Source: an uncultured Candidatus Saccharibacteria bacterium
Lineage (GTDB): Bacteria; Patescibacteriota; Dojkabacteria; SC72; JAFGCJ01
DNA: 64,000 nt
NCBI GenBank assembly: GCA_964481345.1
Contig: CAYZTC010000003.1
Span: forward strand, 6,653-70,652
Direction: 5' to 3'
Of the stretch, positions 19,328-28,417 are shown one piece after another (within the stretch, counting starts at the first letter, position 1; the number at the start of each line of letters is the position of its first letter). A program made the translations under genes and the position numbers. The notes under the pieces were generated by a model that was given only the letters and a program-made list of their open reading frames with translations, was not told where the DNA came from and ran no database searches.

Positions 19328-19764
19328 CGATGTCGGATTTGAATTTCATTTGTGTTTTTTACTGTAATCCATGCAGATATCAACCCAAACCCTGACTTAT
19401 CTATATCGAATGGTTTGATCTTCCTTGGGTTAGTTAGATGAATCAGAATACAGTATTTCTTATTTTTTACATATTCCATTATTTCTTCTTGAATATCGGT
19501 TGTTCCGAAGTCTTTATGTGAATACTTTGTCAGTATGTCTTGAATCGTTTTGGGATTAAGGTTTTCAAACTGTTTGACCTTTGAAACTGTTGTTACAGCA
19601 GTAACAGGGCTTCCAGTATCTTTGAAATATACAATATCTCCTTTATGAATTTTGTTCCAAGGTCGGCTTCTATTTTTGTACCATCTCGATTCTATCGTCT
19701 TTTCTCCAGAAAGTATTTTTGGAATCAATCCCCACTCCTTTTTCATTATCGCGACATGGTGCAT
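19324..19764 (-). CDS. ASCH/PUA-like domain protein
   Basis: ILSGEKTIESR, GDIVYFK. Confidence 0.8.
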   Translation of the reverse strand: MHHVAIMKKEWGLIPKILSGEKTIESRWYKNRSRPWNKIHKGDIVYFKDTGSPVTAVTTVSKVKQFENLNPKTIQDILTKYSHKDFGTTDIQEEIMEYVKNKKYCILIHLTNPRKIKPFDIDKSGFGLISAWITVKNTNEIQIRHR

Positions 19765-19844
19765 AAAAAGATTATATCAAAACTCTAGAATGTTGATTTT
19801 TGATGAGAAATACCATTATTGATTGATGTAGAGGAACAATTAGA

Positions 19845-19872
19845 AGGACAGATCTTGGCAAGGACAGTCCTC
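19845..19872. repeat. REP-like doublet, same family as 6958-6984
   Basis: AGGACAGATCTTGGCAAGGACAGTCCTC. Confidence 0.65.
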
Positions 19873-19910
19873 ACCCTGTTGTGTTAAAATAACCTCGTTC
19901 AATAATTAAC

Positions 19911-19984
19911 CGGGGAGTAGTTCAGTTGGCTAGAACGCACGGTTTGGGACCGTGAGGTCGCTGGTTCAAGTCCAGTCTCCCCGA
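19911..19984 (+). tRNA. tRNA-Pro(TGG), CCA not encoded
   Basis: cloverleaf CGGGGAG/CTCCCCG, anticodon arm CACGG-TTTGGGA-CCGTG, GGTTCAAGTCC. Confidence 0.95.
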
Positions 19985-20304
19985 TAGGTCTTCGCATAAA
20001 GCTTCGACCTATGAATGGTTTGGCAAGCTCACCATTAAATAGTGAAAGACTTCACCTTTGATTAATTTGGTTGCCTGCACTCTCCCATTTACTCTATTTA
20101 TGGCTTTTTGATAATATAATCCCCATATTGTATAATTATGACGGGTTTACAGAAGATTCCGATATTATTGATTGGATGAATATTGATCCCAGAATTGGGT
20201 CGTATGATTTTGTTTGCCTCAGACACAATTCTAAACATTTTTAGTGTAGAGTTTTTCGAGCTTTACATTTAAAGATAATGATTTAACTTGTTAGGACGGA
20301 TTTT

Positions 20305-21171
20305 ATGGCTGGAAAAACAGATATACTATTGTTACCTACGATAGAAAAATTTGATGAGATAATTAAAGGTATTCCAACAAATATAAAAGTGACAAAGGGA
20401 CATTATTACGACCTTCAATTTTGTATTAAAGATGGTAAATCCCAAATATTATCTGGAGGTAAGGATATTAAGCAGTTTTCAACAGTCTGGCTTTCCTCGT
20501 TTTGGGAAATAAGAGATTTGGCCTATGCGGTTAGTCTCTATCTAGATCATTTCAATACTCCTCATACTTTTGTTGAAAAGAGCACATCTAAAGTCACTGA
20601 TGTACTTGCATTCATTTATGGTGACATAAGGACTCCCAATACCTTTTTTATTAGCAGAAATAATATTACTGATTATACAGACATGATTGAGAAAACGTGT
20701 GGATATCCTCTAATTATAAAGGATATAAAAGGATCATTTGGAAAGCATTCAGCATATGTGAAAGATAGAAAAGAACTAATAAAAGAATTTTCACAATTAC
20801 CAAAACATAGAAAGTATATGTTTCAAAAGTTCATTCCTAATGAATATGATTGGGGACTACTTGTTGCAAATGGAGAGGTCGTTTCTGGAGAGAAGAGCTA
20901 TCCGAAAGAGGGTGAGTTCAGGAATAATGCACAAAGGGGAGCAAGGGAGGTCTTTGTAGAAATTGAAGATATACCCAAACAAATTAAAGACATGGCTGTG
21001 AAAGCAAGTAAGAGTCTAGGTTTAATATGGTCAAGAGCAGATATTATTGTAGATAAAAGCACCAATATTCCCTATTTATTGGAAGTCAATAGATGGCCGG
21101 GAATTACTTCTGGAACAAGTGAGGTGAGTGCAGCTCGACATTTTCTAAAATCACATTTATTCCAGAAATAA
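20305..21171 (+). CDS. RimK-like ATP-grasp ligase
   Basis: YPLIIK, GSFG, FQKFIP, FRNN, LEVNRWPG. Confidence 0.85.
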   Translation: MAGKTDILLLPTIEKFDEIIKGIPTNIKVTKGHYYDLQFCIKDGKSQILSGGKDIKQFSTVWLSSFWEIRDLAYAVSLYLDHFNTPHTFVEKSTSKVTDVLAFIYGDIRTPNTFFISRNNITDYTDMIEKTCGYPLIIKDIKGSFGKHSAYVKDRKELIKEFSQLPKHRKYMFQKFIPNEYDWGLLVANGEVVSGEKSYPKEGEFRNNAQRGAREVFVEIEDIPKQIKDMAVKASKSLGLIWSRADIIVDKSTNIPYLLEVNRWPGITSGTSEVSAARHFLKSHLFQK

Positions 21172-21236
21172 GTAAGCACTAAACGATTATTGAATAGTGA
21201 CTTATCTCCTAGTAAATTCTTTCTCTATCTGATTAA

Positions 21237-22280
21237 ATGATTGTTGTGAGAAAGAAAAAACATGTAATAAAAAAGAAAAAGGTAAGGCTTAGGAGAATTT
21301 TTTGGATAAATTTCAAGAAGTTTTTGTTTGTAGGTATTGTTTTGGCTACTGTAGGCGGAATTGGATATGTGGGGATTAAAAAAATCCTGTCTTTAAAGGA
21401 TAATTCTAGGTTGAATGGGGATACTACTTTTACGTTGGAACAAAGCAAAGGCTCAGTACTTGGAATATCCTCTGTTCCTGAGTTTCCAAACTCGACGTTT
21501 CTTTTTGAGCAGCATTTAGATAATGATGTTGTACAACAGTTTTTAGCAAGAGGAAAGTCGGCCTATCTTCTACCTATCGATGCTGAATGGGAAGATGTTG
21601 TAGCCTTCTATAAAGAGGGTCTTGAAGAAAATGGATGGAGCCACGTATTGTCTGTAGCTCTTTCGGATGAAACCAAAATGTTTGGGGAATACTGGGTTAT
21701 AGATAGTCAGGGCCTCAGAATTTATTCAAAGCTTGATGATGTGTGGTATGAATTAATATCTATAGAGCAGGCAAATACTGGTCTTGCAGACAGAGTTGCA
21801 AAAGACGAAGAACTCCAGATGTTTTTAGCTATGAACTCTGGAGAAGAGCTTCCCGAAAATTTACCTTGGAGTCTTACCTACTCTCCCGAATGGACTGCAG
21901 AGATTGGTAAGTCAAAATTGCTAGAAATTGAATTTATACAATTTGAAAACTCTGATGGTGATCAGAATTTGATAATAGAACCGATTGAGTTTGTGACCCT
22001 TCAACCCTTAAGGGATGTGGGTGTGGGATATATCGATACTGCAAATGAGTATAGAGATGAGCAGGACCAGTTTAAAGTAATATCTATAGACCCTGTTGAA
22101 GTTGCAGGTCAGGAGGCATATAGGTTTGTGCTGGAGTCTGAAGAGAATGATGGATACTATTGTGTGGTTGCAAACAGCCGAAACGATGTAATATATGTGA
22201 TAAGAACTTTTACTGGGAGTGCATCCTTTTTTACTTATGTACTTTCTAATCTTGAGCTTAACGATGGAGAAAAAGATTAG
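21237..22280 (+). CDS. membrane-anchored hypothetical protein, possible PsbP-like C-terminal domain
   Basis: basic N-terminus, TM helix, acidic ectodomain, LTYSPEW...VAGQEAY. Confidence 0.7.
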   Translation: MIVVRKKKHVIKKKKVRLRRIFWINFKKFLFVGIVLATVGGIGYVGIKKILSLKDNSRLNGDTTFTLEQSKGSVLGISSVPEFPNSTFLFEQHLDNDVVQQFLARGKSAYLLPIDAEWEDVVAFYKEGLEENGWSHVLSVALSDETKMFGEYWVIDSQGLRIYSKLDDVWYELISIEQANTGLADRVAKDEELQMFLAMNSGEELPENLPWSLTYSPEWTAEIGKSKLLEIEFIQFENSDGDQNLIIEPIEFVTLQPLRDVGVGYIDTANEYRDEQDQFKVISIDPVEVAGQEAYRFVLESEENDGYYCVVANSRNDVIYVIRTFTGSASFFTYVLSNLELNDGEKD

Positions 22281-22379
22281 CTGAGCTCAGAAGGGATCAC
22301 TCTTTTAAGATTTGATAACCTAGGGTTTAAATTGGTGCATTAGTGCACACAATAAATCATAAACCCTGGAGCTCACCTT

Positions 22380-22736
22380 TTAAATTTTAGAAAAGAAAAA
22401 AATTAGGGAGACGATACCTAGTACTATTGTAGATATCCAATAGCAGGTTAGGACTATTAGACCCCATCGAGACAAACTCTTATACTTTCTCATAAATTCT
22501 TTGGTGTCTTTGTCGAAAATAATAATGATAGTTATGTAGGTTATTGGTATGAGAAATGTTATCCATCTTTGTTCTCCCTTTATTATGTGTATGGGCCCTA
22601 GGCTTGACAGTATTCCAATAAGGATTGGTAATATTGTTCTCAGGAAGAATTTTATAAACTTCCATAGTTTTTCTCCAATACTTAGGAGAATTTTGTTTAA
22701 CGTGCATGTGTAGAACGTGAACAGTCTATCATACAT
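22380..22736 (-). CDS. small membrane protein
   Basis: three hydrophobic segments; AGGAGGT SD at 22741-22747. Confidence 0.65.
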   Translation of the reverse strand: MYDRLFTFYTCTLNKILLSIGEKLWKFIKFFLRTILPILIGILSSLGPIHIIKGEQRWITFLIPITYITIIIIFDKDTKEFMRKYKSLSRWGLIVLTCYWISTIVLGIVSLIFFFSKI

Positions 22737-22865
22737 CGAAACCTCCTTTTAAAAGAGCGTGAGCACAGTGATTATACTATAGGGCCATTAAATACGGAAG
22801 GGGTTGAGTAACTGAAGTTTTCTGGACGAAAGTGAGAGGAATTGACTTATAACTAGCAAGTTTAT

Positions 22866-23030
22866 CCCGCTCTGCTGCGGGGGACTGTCCTTGAATACTC
22901 TACCTGAAACTGCATATTCTGGAGCTCTCCGCCTCTGGCGGAGGCGATAGAATCTATCGGTTTGAGTTATCAGGTCGTACTTTAACAGATAGACTCCACG
23001 TCCCCCGTACGGTGGGGTCCTCTGAGATGC
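22866..23030. repeat. cluster of GC-rich short palindromes (REP/MITE-like)
   Basis: CCCGC-TCTGCT-GCGGG, GGACTGTCC, CTCCGCC-TCT-GGCGGAG (22927-22943), CCCC-GTACGGT-GGGG. Confidence 0.6.
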
Positions 23031-23056
23031 CAGTAATTTAAAGTCGGGGGTATGGT

Positions 23057-26000
23057 CTATACCTTGAATTGTTCAAGGATGGACTCAACTTCTGGGGTGA
23101 GGTTTATTCCATTTTTTAATTTCATCGTTCGAGTAGTGTTGCCTTTTGCGATGAATATCGTGACTTCATCCTTACCTGGGTTCTGTTTTAATGCCTTTTT
23201 AAGCTCCTTTAGCTGTTGTTTGTCTGAGTCTGGATCTATCTGTAGAAATATTCCTTCAGACTCTTTTTTTGCTATTTCCATATCTACATATTCAATTGAG
23301 TCAATGATTATACTTCTCTCTCCCTCCCTGATGTTTACCTTTCCAGTAAATATCATTGGGGTGTTCTCTGCTAGCATATCGATAACCTTTTCGTAGATAC
23401 CAGGGAATAGTATTGCTTCAATCGTTCTGCCTGTCCTATCCTCAATCTCAATAAACGCCATGCTCCTATTATCCCTTTTGGTAGTGATTCTTTTTACGTT
23501 CGTGATCAAGCCGGCCAGTGACACTGGCGTATTTGAGTTCATCTCTTTTATCTGAGAAATCTTTGATGTACCCGACTTAATCAAATAGGGCTTTATCTTT
23601 CCTAGTGGATGAGCAGTAATGTACATACCAAGGAGCGACTTTTCCCACTCGATTTTTTCGCTATCTGTAGCTGGTACAACTGTTGGTAAGGGAGATACCT
23701 GAGTGACCTCTTTTCGGTCTTTTTTGCCCAATGAGAATATGTCCATCTGACCATCTTTGTGAGCATCTTGTTTTGATTTGTACCTTTCATATAAAGCAGG
23801 CAATGCTGAAATTAAGGAATTCCTTTCCCCAAATTGATCAAATGCTCCAACCTGAATTAAGTACAAAACAGACTTTTGATTTACATGATCAAGGGGACTT
23901 CTATTTAGGAAATCATCAAGATTTTTAAATTCCCCGTCCTTCTCTCTTTCATTTATTATTTCCTGGATCACTGCCCTTCCTAGATTTTTTATCCCCATTA
24001 ACCCAAATCGTATGTTTTTCTTGTGTTCAATAGAAAAGTCAGCATTACTTTTATTTATATCTGGAGGAAGTATTTTTATTCCTTTTTTGTTGCATTCTGC
24101 AATTATTCTTCCAACCTTGTCGAAATCCTCAATCTCTGATTTTAAAAGTGCAGCAGTGAACTCTACTGGATAATGAGCTTTAAGATATGCACTTTGGTAT
24201 ACAACTAGACTATATGCTGCAGCATGTGCCTCGTTGAAAGCATAATTTGTGAAAGGAATGAATAACTCAAATACCTGCTCTGCTGTGTTTTTGTCCATAC
24301 CATGTTTTATGAGCCTTTTAATGAGATCATCCTTCATCTCAAACAGTATCTCTGGTTTCTTCTTACCTGTAGCCTTTCTTACTGTATCAGCTTCGCCCCA
24401 ATCCATACCCGCTAAATGAATCACTGCTTTAATAATATCTTCTTGATATACAAGTACACCATTTGATTTTTGTAGGAATTTCTTCATTCTTGGATCGATA
24501 TATTCAATCTTTTTCTTTCCATGTTTTCTATCGGCATACTCTTGTTGGTTTTGATTAGGTCCTGGACGTACGAGAGCAAGAGCTGCTGATATGTCGAATA
24601 TATCTACTGGTTTTAAAACCTTGATAGTACTTTTCATGGGACCGGTTTCAAATTGAAATACACCTTCCGTGTCTAGGTTTCTTATTAACTCAAATGTGTC
24701 ATTATCATCTAGTGGTAAGCTGTTAACATTTATGTCTTCCCCTCTCTCTCTTTTAACAATTTTTACAGTTTCTGCTATGGTATCAAGGTTTGTAAGTCCA
24801 AGGAAATCCATCTTCATAAGTCCCATATCTTCGATGGAGTCCATTTCGTACTGAGTAATCATTCTTCCGTTTTTTCCTAATGAGTTGTCCCAAATTACTG
24901 GTACATAATCGGTAATTGGACCAGGTGTGATGAGAACTCCGCATGCGTGTATCCCCTGGCTTTTGGCTACCCCTTCGATTCTTTTAGCCGTGTCAATAAG
25001 TCTTGCTGCATCTGAGTCCTGTCTAATCAATTGGTCAAGCTCTGGAACCATCGTTAAAGCTCTATCTATGTCTACCTTTGCTAGTCCCTGTCCCGAAGGC
25101 GGGATCAATTTTGCGATTTTGTCTACATATCCAAGCGGCATTCCGAGTACTCTACCGGCATCCCTAATTGATCCTCTGGCCTGCATTCTTCCAAAAGTAA
25201 CAATATGGGCAGTGCTTTTTTTTCCGTATTCTTTTATTGCGTATTCAATGAGTTCTTCCCTTCTTGAGCTTGCAACATCTAAGTCGATATCTGGGGCTTT
25301 AGGCCTTAGGGGGTTAAGAAATCTTTCAAACGCAAGATCAAAATCTAGTGGATTTGCATTTACGATGCCAAGAAAGTATGAAAGTAGACTTCCTGCTGTT
25401 GAACCTCTGGTTGTAAGTGGTACTTTGTTCTTGTGTATCCAGTCGGTAAACTGAGTAACCATGAGCATATATTGGGAAAACCCTTTTTCTGTAATTACCT
25501 TGTATTCATACTCAAACCTTTTCTTTTCTTCTTTTGTTAAATCTCTTTCAAGCTTTTTCTTCCCTCTCCCTATGGAGAGATCATATAAATATTTGTCATA
25601 GTTGCCTTTATATTTAATAGGAATTGGTGGTTTAGGTAGTATCCAGTCCTTCATATCCAGGTTGATATTGCATCTTTGAGATATTTCCTCAGTAGTTTTA
25701 ATAGCTTCAGGTAAGTCTTTAAATAGTTTTTTCATCTCTTTTTCGTCTTTTAGGTACAGTTGATCTGTTTCTAACGTGAGATGGTCTTCATCAAGCCTTT
25801 TTCCTGTGTTAATACACATAAGAACCTCTTGCGCAAAGGAGTCTTCTTGGTTTGTGTAGTGAGAGTCACATGTTGCTACAAGTGGAATCTTAAGATCTTT
25901 TGAAAGCTCAACTATCTTTTTGTTAATCTTTTCTTGATTTGGAATTTCGGTTCGCATTATTTCTAAATAATAGTTGCCTTTGCCAAAAATCTTTTCGTGA

Positions 26001-26476
26001 TCCTTTGCTGACTTACTTGCTTCCTTAAGCTTATTTGCCCATATCTTTGAAGATATCTCCCCTGCCATGCATCCGGATAGTGCAATCAGTCCCTTACTGT
26101 ATTTTCTAAGAAGTTGTCTATCTACTCTTGGTCGGTAATAGTATCCTTCTGTAAATCCTAATGACACAAGCTTAATTAAGTTGTGATAACCTTCGTCATT
26201 TTCTGCAAGTAGTGTGATGTGGTATGGTTTTTCATCAACTTTAGCAACTTTTTGTTTTCTTCCTCTTGGGGCGACGTACATTTCACATCCAATAATTGGC
26301 TTAATGTTGTGTGATTTGCATTCCTGGTAAAACTTGTGTGCACCATACATTACCCCATGATCTGTTAATGCTAGTGATTTAAATCCTTTATTACCCGCCG
26401 CTTTAACAAGACTTTTAATCTGTGGCAGTCCATCTAAAAGTGAAAACTCTGAATGGACGTGAAGATGCGTGAACAT
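23057..26476 (-). CDS. dnaE: DNA polymerase III alpha subunit
   Basis: HLHVHSEFSLLDG PHP domain, PDIDLD, KMDFLGL, YAFNEAHA, OB fold; no intein seen. Confidence 0.97.
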   Translation of the reverse strand: MFTHLHVHSEFSLLDGLPQIKSLVKAAGNKGFKSLALTDHGVMYGAHKFYQECKSHNIKPIIGCEMYVAPRGRKQKVAKVDEKPYHITLLAENDEGYHNLIKLVSLGFTEGYYYRPRVDRQLLRKYSKGLIALSGCMAGEISSKIWANKLKEASKSAKDHEKIFGKGNYYLEIMRTEIPNQEKINKKIVELSKDLKIPLVATCDSHYTNQEDSFAQEVLMCINTGKRLDEDHLTLETDQLYLKDEKEMKKLFKDLPEAIKTTEEISQRCNINLDMKDWILPKPPIPIKYKGNYDKYLYDLSIGRGKKKLERDLTKEEKKRFEYEYKVITEKGFSQYMLMVTQFTDWIHKNKVPLTTRGSTAGSLLSYFLGIVNANPLDFDLAFERFLNPLRPKAPDIDLDVASSRREELIEYAIKEYGKKSTAHIVTFGRMQARGSIRDAGRVLGMPLGYVDKIAKLIPPSGQGLAKVDIDRALTMVPELDQLIRQDSDAARLIDTAKRIEGVAKSQGIHACGVLITPGPITDYVPVIWDNSLGKNGRMITQYEMDSIEDMGLMKMDFLGLTNLDTIAETVKIVKRERGEDINVNSLPLDDNDTFELIRNLDTEGVFQFETGPMKSTIKVLKPVDIFDISAALALVRPGPNQNQQEYADRKHGKKKIEYIDPRMKKFLQKSNGVLVYQEDIIKAVIHLAGMDWGEADTVRKATGKKKPEILFEMKDDLIKRLIKHGMDKNTAEQVFELFIPFTNYAFNEAHAAAYSLVVYQSAYLKAHYPVEFTAALLKSEIEDFDKVGRIIAECNKKGIKILPPDINKSNADFSIEHKKNIRFGLMGIKNLGRAVIQEIINEREKDGEFKNLDDFLNRSPLDHVNQKSVLYLIQVGAFDQFGERNSLISALPALYERYKSKQDAHKDGQMDIFSLGKKDRKEVTQVSPLPTVVPATDSEKIEWEKSLLGMYITAHPLGKIKPYLIKSGTSKISQIKEMNSNTPVSLAGLITNVKRITTKRDNRSMAFIEIEDRTGRTIEAILFPGIYEKVIDMLAENTPMIFTGKVNIREGERSIIIDSIEYVDMEIAKKESEGIFLQIDPDSDKQQLKELKKALKQNPGKDEVTIFIAKGNTTRTMKLKNGINLTPEVESILEQFKV

Positions 26477-26606
26477 TCTTTTTCATTCTACATAACTTTA
26501 TTAGCTTTATCAGCAATGGTGTAGTTTTCGTCGATTAATAATCTTTTTTAATAGGTCTACTTTGACTGGGGAAGAAATACATTAGCAAAAGCCTGGTAAT
26601 TATTAA

Positions 26607-27329
26607 TTGAAAATGCCGCCTATTTCCTATAGACTGAAAAGGATGAAATTACCTTTTAAAATAAACATAATACAAGTAGTCACAGGTGTTTCGCTCGTTT
26701 TTTGGGGAGTTTCCTTTTTCTTGCTAGTAAAACCGAGAGTTGCAGAAGCAGCTGTGCCTTTCTTGATAGAACAAATTGACAGTTTCAGCCAAAGGGAGGA
26801 AGGGGTCGAACTTGACCCTATTTTGAAGTCTGAGGGTGGTACTATGACAGGACCAACTTCCTCTTTTTACGCCACTAGATTTGGTTCCCAGGAAGGATTA
26901 TATGGTGAACTAGTAACCTCTGATACAAGAGTTATTGCATTAAACTATTTTCTGCTTGACTATGGATCCCCTATGGCTCCTTATGCAGAAACCTTTGTAA
27001 GTGTCGCTGATGAGGTGGGGCTTGATTGGAGAGTTGTTGCTTCAATTACTGGAGTTGAGTCGGCATTTGGAAGGTTGATACCATCAGGTTCGTACAATGC
27101 TTGGGGATGGAGAGGAGGAGAAAATGGGAGTTACAGCATTTTTGAAAACTGGGTTGATGCAATATCATTTATTACAAGGAGGATTGCTGTAGGTTACGGA
27201 ACTGATATTGATCCTTTTGCTATTGAATCCACATATTGTCCTCCTTGTGGTGCAACAGGACAACATGCATGGGCCAACGGTGTATCTAGGTATATGACCT
27301 TACTTGAGGAATACAGAGGAGACTTATGA
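26607..27329 (+). CDS. lysozyme/glucosaminidase-like secreted protein
   Basis: DWRVVASITGVESAFG, YNAWGW, YCPP. Confidence 0.75.
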   Translation: MKMPPISYRLKRMKLPFKINIIQVVTGVSLVFWGVSFFLLVKPRVAEAAVPFLIEQIDSFSQREEGVELDPILKSEGGTMTGPTSSFYATRFGSQEGLYGELVTSDTRVIALNYFLLDYGSPMAPYAETFVSVADEVGLDWRVVASITGVESAFGRLIPSGSYNAWGWRGGENGSYSIFENWVDAISFITRRIAVGYGTDIDPFAIESTYCPPCGATGQHAWANGVSRYMTLLEEYRGDL

Positions 27330-27613
27330 AGTCTATAACTAAGCTAGTTTACATTGTGTTAGTAATAGTCGAGGTTACTCTGATTTTAAGGTTTATTTTT
27401 TTACTAGTTGGTGCTAGTGAGGTTAACTTTATTGTATTTGCAATTGTTCAATCAAGTGGATGGTTTATTTATCCGTTTAAGAGTGTTCTTGACGTCGATT
27501 GGTCAATTGGAAAATTCTTTATTGATATTGACGCATTAGTATCTCTAGTTATTTACATGGTCCTTGGATTTGGGATTGCAGAATTGATAAAAGTGCTTTC
27601 ATATGGGAGTTAA
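27326..27613 (+). CDS. YggT family membrane protein
   Basis: LILRFIFLLVGA...PF...ALVSLVIY. Confidence 0.8.
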   Translation: MKSITKLVYIVLVIVEVTLILRFIFLLVGASEVNFIVFAIVQSSGWFIYPFKSVLDVDWSIGKFFIDIDALVSLVIYMVLGFGIAELIKVLSYGS

Positions 27614-27646
27614 TTTGGTGTAACCTCTGTGTGATATAATCTTTAT

Positions 27647-28417
27647 ATGGTAATAGTTGATTTTAAAAAGAACTCAGGTTTATCTGTAGGGTTTGATGGA
27701 AATGACCTCCAGCTTCAGGAAAATGGGCTTGAACTTGCGTCAAAAGAGGAATATTCGATTCACGATGTTCGTTCTCAGCTTTTGAATCCTGCGCTTACAT
27801 GTCCAAACATTTTTTACTACCATTTTAGAGGTGTAGATAGGAAGTCCTTATTAAAAAGAAAGGGCCTAAAACTTGATATTCTTGTTATGCCTTCAAATCT
27901 TGCTGGAATTGAATATGTAAAAACCAAGGGGATTCGAATAAGGAAATATCCAATTCTAATTGATGCAATACATGGATTTCTTACAGTTCTGATCATGAAA
28001 AATCTCGATAACCCTACTCCAGACTCACCCATTGTTTCTGGTGTTGTAAAGTTAAGAAAGGGAGAAAAATATGTAATTCCTCCCGATTGTGGATTTATCT
28101 TTGTAAATGTAAAGCAGCAGTTGTGTGCCCTATCCATGATTTACAGTGATAAGTTGAGGTTGGAGGGATGTTTTGATGATACAAGAGGTGCAACAAACTA
28201 TTTGATTAGAAAGAATGCTAGACAAGAAATTGTTCAAAATCCATTTTTTCGATTTGTAAAAGAAGTTAGGATGGATAGGCCTGGTAAAATCTATAAAACT
28301 TTTAACCTTACAGCAAAGACACCCATCTTTAAACAAATACTGAGAAAGTATCAAAGGTTTAAGTGGTTACATAATAGTGAACTTGTGGATTGGGATAAAC
28401 TGCTTCATACATTGTAA
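27647..28417 (+). CDS. cupin-type (archaeal PGI-like) protein, metal ligands apparently absent
   Basis: GIEYVKTKG, YVIPP, NP motif; no GHxH. Confidence 0.65.
   Translation: MVIVDFKKNSGLSVGFDGNDLQLQENGLELASKEEYSIHDVRSQLLNPALTCPNIFYYHFRGVDRKSLLKRKGLKLDILVMPSNLAGIEYVKTKGIRIRKYPILIDAIHGFLTVLIMKNLDNPTPDSPIVSGVVKLRKGEKYVIPPDCGFIFVNVKQQLCALSMIYSDKLRLEGCFDDTRGATNYLIRKNARQEIVQNPFFRFVKEVRMDRPGKIYKTFNLTAKTPIFKQILRKYQRFKWLHNSELVDWDKLLHTL

Noticed and set aside
20062-20244. Graspetide precursor upstream of the ATP-grasp gene
   Set aside because: Only an open frame of about 60 codons with no convincing start and no Thr/Lys-Asp core motif; likely a gene remnant
23057-26476. Intein or intron in dnaE
   Set aside because: Length and motif order are normal; no splice motifs
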